From contig JAUYHE010000006.1 in NCBI GenBank assembly GCA_030690175.1, positions 1 to 42,607 on the forward strand: 42,607 bases of DNA, read 5' to 3'. Made by a program: the position numbers and the translations under genes. The notes beneath the pieces are model-generated. The model was not told where the DNA came from. It searched no databases and saw only the letters and a program-made list of their open reading frames with translations. Of this stretch, positions 38,486 to 42,607 are shown piece after piece (within the stretch, counting starts at the first letter, position 1; each line of letters begins with the position of its first letter). This stretch comes from a bacterium (GTDB taxonomy: Bacteria; Patescibacteriota; Microgenomatia; Woykebacterales; RBG-16-39-9b).

Positions 38486-39631
38486 TTAATAGTTTACTGC
38501 TGACTGGGCATCAACTCTACCCCAACCAAATTTATTGTCTTTTCCAGAAGTACCAAGATCTTTCGCTGTTTTAAATAAAGCGTTTTCGACTTGATCAGGG
38601 TTATACCCAGAGTGAACACTTCTAACCAGACCAACAGTGGCTGTAACAATTGGAGTCGCCATACTAGTACCAGAAGCGGTAAGATACCCAGAACCTAGCC
38701 AGGAAGAGAAAATTCCAACCCCGGGAGCGGTTATATCTACGCCTTTACCCCGCCCTGAAAAACTAGCAATTCTATCACGTGAATTAACTGCTCCAACTGT
38801 AGTTGAATAGCTTATACAACCTGGCAGAGAAACCCCAGAACTACCGCTATTTCCAGCAGCTACCACCACCAAGACGCCTCTATCTCTGGCGTGCTTTATT
38901 GCAGTTGTCATCTCCGGATAAACGCTGTCGCAAAAACTTTTGTAAAGGTAAGGAGCTCCTGTACCCAAACTTAAATTTACGGCATCTACTCCTGGATCGT
39001 CAGCGTTTCCGGATACCCCATCTGGACCATCTACAACCCAATAAATACCGGCGATTATATCCGTAAAGTAACCCGACCCATATTTATCTAACACCTTTCC
39101 AACTAAAATCCCCACACTAGGAGCCGCTCCTTTTGCACTGGAGTTTACTCCATCCGCAGTAATAATTCCGGCCACATGGCTCCCATGACCATTATCATCA
39201 GTGGGATCCTCATCACCATTGACAAAATCTCTTCCGCCCAAGTAACTTGAGGAAAGTTCGGGGTGAGTATAGTTGTAACCTGTATCCAAAATAGCAACTT
39301 TTCTTCCTTGCCCACTGTTGCCGCTATTTTGAACTAGATTTGCCCTTATCTGGCTATTTGCCCTTGTATCTGTTGCCATTACCCGAATATCCTCCGGCAA
39401 ACCTAGACTTCTAGCAACTGACAAAGGGCATACGAAAGCCTTTATTTCTTTAACCTTTCTTACCTGCCGGCAACCGCTTTGCTCAGCTCTCTGGGCTTCC
39501 TCGCGGCTGTGGGCAAGCAGACGAACCTTTCCTTCACGTCTAACTTTTTGCGTGTTGGCTGATAGAGTACTTACAGAGAAAACCAAAATCAGAAGTGAAA
39601 AACAGACTGGGGTCAAAAATTTTAGCTTCAT
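38486..39631 (-). CDS. Secreted subtilisin-like serine protease (peptidase S8)
   Basis: 381 aa with a signal peptide and the catalytic triad contexts AILDTGY, HGSHVAGI and GTSMATP. Confidence 0.9.
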   Translation of the reverse strand: MKLKFLTPVCFSLLILVFSVSTLSANTQKVRREGKVRLLAHSREEAQRAEQSGCRQVRKVKEIKAFVCPLSVARSLGLPEDIRVMATDTRANSQIRANLVQNSGNSGQGRKVAILDTGYNYTHPELSSSYLGGRDFVNGDEDPTDDNGHGSHVAGIITADGVNSSAKGAAPSVGILVGKVLDKYGSGYFTDIIAGIYWVVDGPDGVSGNADDPGVDAVNLSLGTGAPYLYKSFCDSVYPEMTTAIKHARDRGVLVVVAAGNSGSSGVSLPGCISYSTTVGAVNSRDRIASFSGRGKGVDITAPGVGIFSSWLGSGYLTASGTSMATPIVTATVGLVRSVHSGYNPDQVENALFKTAKDLGTSGKDNKFGWGRVDAQSAVNY

Positions 39632-39638
39632 TAAAAAA

Positions 39639-39667
39639 AGTATAACTTATAGCCGAAACCATGTCAA
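39639..39667 (-). promoter_or_regulatory. Promoter of the S8 protease gene (predicted leaderless)
   Basis: Minus strand: TTGACA (39667-39662), 17 nt, TATACT (39644-39639), TTTTTTA (7 nt), then ATG at 39631. There is no SD. Confidence 0.7.
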
Positions 39668-39678
39668 AACCCTTTATC

Positions 39679-39707
39679 TTGTTCAAGCAGTGGTAATCTT
39701 GTATAAT
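39679..39707 (+). promoter_or_regulatory. Promoter of the tRNA-Gly/tRNA-Arg pair
   Basis: TTGTTC (39679-84), 17 nt, TATAAT (39702-07). There are 13 nt to the tRNA 5' end. Confidence 0.6.
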
Positions 39708-39720
39708 TCCAATGTGTTTT

Positions 39721-39797
39721 GCGCGAGTAGCTCAATTGGCCAGAGCGTCTCCCTTCCAAGGAGAAGGTTGAGGGTTCGAGTCCCTTCTCGCGCTCCA
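39721..39797 (+). tRNA. tRNA-Gly (anticodon UCC)
   Basis: 77 nt, loop CTTCCAA, discriminator U, encoded CCA. Confidence 0.9.
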
Positions 39798-39832
39798 CTT
39801 CACTTTGTTCAAGCGAGGTTCAGTGTAAACGG

Positions 39833-39909
39833 GCGCCCATAGCTCAATTGGATAGAGCGTGTGGCTTCGGACCACAAGGTTGGGGGTTCAAGTCCCTCTG
39901 GGCGCGCCA
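39833..39909 (+). tRNA. tRNA-Arg (anticodon UCG)
   Basis: 77 nt, loop CTTCGGA, encoded CCA. Confidence 0.9.
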
Positions 39910-39953
39910 TCCTAGCGTCTACAATATAATCCCTAGCACTCTCTTTACAAAGG

Positions 39954-39962
39954 TGCTAAAAT
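39954..39962 (+). promoter_or_regulatory. Candidate extended -10 promoter of lon
   Basis: TGcTAAAAT with 8 nt to the ATG at 39971. An alternative TATAAT at 39925-30 would give a 40-nt leader. Confidence 0.4.
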
Positions 39963-39970
39963 AGTTGCAC

Positions 39971-42355
39971 ATGGAGAAAAAAGAAACAAAACACAAACTA
40001 CCTTTGATACCGGTTCGCAATGTCGTCGTGTTTCCGCACGCAACTGTATCTATTTCAATAAAAAGGGATAGATCAGTTAAAGCTCTTGAGGCCTCCTTAA
40101 ACAAAACCAAAACTCTTTTTATGGTCATGCAAAAAAGGCAAGAGGTGGATAATCCCGTCAGCACCGATCTATTTGATGTTGGTACCATCTCAAAAATTAC
40201 TTCGGTTCAGAGGCTTCCCGATGGCGTGATAAATGTTTCTGTGGAAGGAATTACTAAAGCAAAAACAAAAGAATACACGAAAACGGATCCTTTTTTTGAA
40301 GCAGAAGTAGTGGAGACATCAGAACCAGAATACTCTCAAGAAGAACTTGAATCTATTATCCGTCCGGTAGTCGAGCAGTTTCGCCAATCAATTTCTCTTG
40401 GAAAAGCTGTTCCTTTAGACCTAATACCTAGTATTTTTGACTTGTCAAACCCTTACCAGACGGTCGATATGATAATTCTCAACCTAGATCTAAATTCCTT
40501 GGAAAAACAAACCCTTTTGGAAGCGCCAAATTTTAAATCAAGGGTAAAGATACTTACCGAATATTTGTCTAAGGAGATCTCAATCCTCCAAACCGCTCGT
40601 CGCATCCAAGATCAAACCGTTGAGGAAATAGGTAAAGGTGCAAAAGAGGCATTTTTGCGGGAACAGTTAAAAACGATTGAGAAGGAACTTGGTGTCAAGG
40701 AAGAAAAAGAAGAGTTTAGTGATCTCGAAAAGAAAATAAAGGCGGCCGGAATGCCTAAGGAAACCGAGGGAAAATCTCTAAAAGAACTTGATAGACTACG
40801 AAAAATGCACCAATTTTCCCCAGAAGTTTCTTATATCCGAACTTACCTAGATTGGTTGATTGAACTTCCTTGGAATAAAAAATCGGAAAGTAAAATTGAT
40901 GTCAAAGGCGCCGAAAAAATCTTGAATCAGGATCATTACGGTCTTAAAAAGATTAAAGAAAGAATACTGGAATATCTGGCGGTACACAAGTTAACCGGAA
41001 AAATAAAAGGTCCGATTCTTTGTTTCGTTGGACCACCAGGAACTGGTAAGACTTCGGTTGGGAAATCAATTGCGCGAGCGCTTGGCCGCAAATTTGTAAA
41101 AGTTTCCCTAGGCGGGATACGTGATGAAGCGGAGATACGTGGCCACCGTCGTACCTACGTCGGCGCCCTTCCAGGTCGAATAATTCAGGCTATGAAAGAC
41201 GCTGGTACTAGAAACCCAGTCTTTATGCTAGATGAGATCGATAAAGTCGGCTTTGATTTTCGGGGCGATCCTTCTTCAGCTTTACTTGAAGCCTTGGATC
41301 CAGAGCAAAATCACTCGTTTTCTGATCATTATCTAGAAGTTCCTTTTGATTTATCCGCCGTGATGTTTATCACTACAGCTAATATCCTGGATACTATTCC
41401 CGCCCCCCTTCTAGATCGTATGGAAATCATTGAATTTCCTGGCTATACTGAAGAGGAAAAGGCTCGTATTGCTACGGATTACCTTTTACCCAAGCAACTG
41501 GAAGCCCACGGTTTAGACAAAAATAAACTTACGATCAGTAGTGACGCGAAATCAGCCATAATTTCAAAATACACTCGGGAAGCCGGAGTACGTAACCTAG
41601 AAAGAGAACTGGCGGCTATTTGCCGAAAGGTTGCCCGGGCAATTGCCGAGAAGAAAATAAAAAAAACCGAAGTAATAGCCAGAAACTTGCGAAAATATCT
41701 TGGCCCCGAAAAATTTGAACCGTGGGCGACTGAGAAAAAAGACGAGATTGGAATTGCGACCGGACTTGCCTGGACCGAAGCTGGTGGTCAAGTACTTAGC
41801 GTAGAGGCTACGGCCATGCCCGGACGCGGTAACCTGATATTGACTGGCCACCTGGGCAACGTCATGAAGGAAAGTGCTCAAGCAGCCCTATCATACGCCC
41901 GAAGCAAAACTAAGGACCTGGGGATAAAAGAAAACTATTTCAAAGATAAAGATATTCATATTCACGTTCCGGCTGGGGCTATTCCAAAGGACGGTCCTAG
42001 TGCTGGTATTACTATGGCTTCTGCCCTGGTAAGTCTGGTAACAAAGATACCGGTGCGAAAAAGTATTGGTATGACTGGGGAGGTAACCCTGCGAGGAAAA
42101 GTTTTAGAAATAGGCGGCGCCAAGGAAAAGATTTTAGCCGCCCACCGGGCTGGTTTGCGTGAGGTGATCTTACCTAAGAAAAATAAAAAGGATCTGGAAG
42201 AAATTCCACCGAAAGCCCGTAAAGAATTAAAATTTACCTACGTGGACAATATGGACGATGTGCTAGCTCGATCGCTTTTGTCGGACCCCTTCTCCAGAAG
42301 ACAGGAAGAAGACACCAAACCAGCAATATCTCCCCCACCAATGCCTTTTGCGTAA
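39971..42355 (+). CDS. lon: ATP-dependent Lon protease
   Basis: 794 aa counted from the ATG at 39971. It has an LON N-domain, an AAA+ module (GPPGTGKTS, FMLDEIDK) and a protease domain (DGPSAGITMASAL). Confidence 0.95.
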   Translation: MEKKETKHKLPLIPVRNVVVFPHATVSISIKRDRSVKALEASLNKTKTLFMVMQKRQEVDNPVSTDLFDVGTISKITSVQRLPDGVINVSVEGITKAKTKEYTKTDPFFEAEVVETSEPEYSQEELESIIRPVVEQFRQSISLGKAVPLDLIPSIFDLSNPYQTVDMIILNLDLNSLEKQTLLEAPNFKSRVKILTEYLSKEISILQTARRIQDQTVEEIGKGAKEAFLREQLKTIEKELGVKEEKEEFSDLEKKIKAAGMPKETEGKSLKELDRLRKMHQFSPEVSYIRTYLDWLIELPWNKKSESKIDVKGAEKILNQDHYGLKKIKERILEYLAVHKLTGKIKGPILCFVGPPGTGKTSVGKSIARALGRKFVKVSLGGIRDEAEIRGHRRTYVGALPGRIIQAMKDAGTRNPVFMLDEIDKVGFDFRGDPSSALLEALDPEQNHSFSDHYLEVPFDLSAVMFITTANILDTIPAPLLDRMEIIEFPGYTEEEKARIATDYLLPKQLEAHGLDKNKLTISSDAKSAIISKYTREAGVRNLERELAAICRKVARAIAEKKIKKTEVIARNLRKYLGPEKFEPWATEKKDEIGIATGLAWTEAGGQVLSVEATAMPGRGNLILTGHLGNVMKESAQAALSYARSKTKDLGIKENYFKDKDIHIHVPAGAIPKDGPSAGITMASALVSLVTKIPVRKSIGMTGEVTLRGKVLEIGGAKEKILAAHRAGLREVILPKKNKKDLEEIPPKARKELKFTYVDNMDDVLARSLLSDPFSRRQEEDTKPAISPPPMPFA

Positions 42356-42388
42356 AAGACGATTAATATTTCCCGCTACGTTCTTTTT

Positions 42389-42397
42389 TGGTATAAT
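42389..42397 (+). promoter_or_regulatory. Distal extended -10 promoter ahead of tRNA-Arg/Lys
   Basis: T6-TGgTATAATCG. It is near-identical to the 36591-36606 promoter. Confidence 0.45.
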
Positions 42398-42412
42398 CGA
42401 GTGCAACGAGAA

Positions 42413-42439
42413 TTACATCACGCTTTAGCGGGATATAAT
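42413..42439 (+). promoter_or_regulatory. Proximal promoter of tRNA-Arg/Lys
   Basis: TTACAT (42413-18), 15 nt, TATAAT (42434-39). There are 13 nt to the tRNA 5' end. Confidence 0.45.
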
Positions 42440-42452
42440 TTGGTTTGATTTT

Positions 42453-42529
42453 GCCCCTGTAGCTCAACTGGACAGAGCGAACGGCTTCTATCCGTTAGGT
42501 TGGGGGTTCGAGTCCCTCCAGGGGCGCCA
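42453..42529 (+). tRNA. tRNA-Arg (anticodon UCU)
   Basis: 77 nt, loop CTTCTAT, encoded CCA. Confidence 0.9.
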
Positions 42530-42532
42530 TAA

Positions 42533-42607
42533 GGGCCGCTAGCTCAATGGTAGAGCAGATGCCTCTTAAGCATCCGGTTACAGGTTCGAATCCTGTGCGG
42601 CTCACCA
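42533..42607 (+). tRNA. tRNA-Lys (anticodon CUU)
   Basis: 75 nt, loop CTCTTAA, encoded CCA. It ends at the last base of the window. Confidence 0.9.

Noticed and set aside
1-42607. Alternative genetic code (UGA reassigned, as in some CPR lineages).
   Set aside because: Long conserved genes are intact under the standard code, and TGA terminates well-defined genes (for example tsaC at 16763-65 and the membrane protein at 20242-44, with its ATGA overlap).

Overview
This 42.6-kb window is very gene-dense: about 50 CDS, 16 canonical tRNA genes and one aberrant tRNA-like gene. I saw no rRNA, CRISPR array, transposase or integrase. The content is core housekeeping of a small-genome bacterium. It includes type IV pilus assembly genes (pilX-like, pilMNO), rpsP-KH-trmD, rpmF-nusB-ACP-like-rnc, recG, tyrS and a class A PBP. 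A long co-directional minus-strand array runs clpP, tRNA-Val, thrS, tsaD, tsaC, infC, rpmI, rplT, pheS, pheT. A peptidoglycan block holds murT/gatD, two paralogous glucosaminidase-like hydrolases, a FemX-like transferase, a DegT aminotransferase, a PAP2 phosphatase and dgkA. The rest is an ABC-2 exporter, yidC, an SPFH protein, a secreted subtilase and lon. Domain-reduced aaRS, pilus genes, DUF5679/DUF2795-type small proteins and an ACP relic without neighbouring fab genes fit a Patescibacteria/CPR-like lineage; this is inference only. The standard code applies, since TAA, TAG and TGA all end good ORFs. Promoters are unusually legible (TTGACA-17-TAnAAT or TGnTATAAT). About a dozen lie 6-12 nt from the start codon with no Shine-Dalgarno (SD) sequence, which predicts leaderless mRNAs. 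The most unusual items are: (1) a GC-rich, self-contained minus-strand mini-locus at 21.3-22.2 kb with its own consensus promoter, a terminator-ended leader, a multi-hairpin element, a tRNA-like gene lacking CCA and two SD-preceded small ORFs; (2) a small membrane/Asp-repeat gene split by a -1 frame change exactly at an in-frame A_AAA_AAA (A9) tract; (3) consensus promoters that fire straight into intrinsic terminators upstream of pheS and of a cell-wall hydrolase; (4) a recurrent sense-oriented motif just after three stop codons; (5) an ACP-like protein whose phosphopantetheine serine is replaced by proline. All calls come from reading the sequence by eye; no database search was possible.
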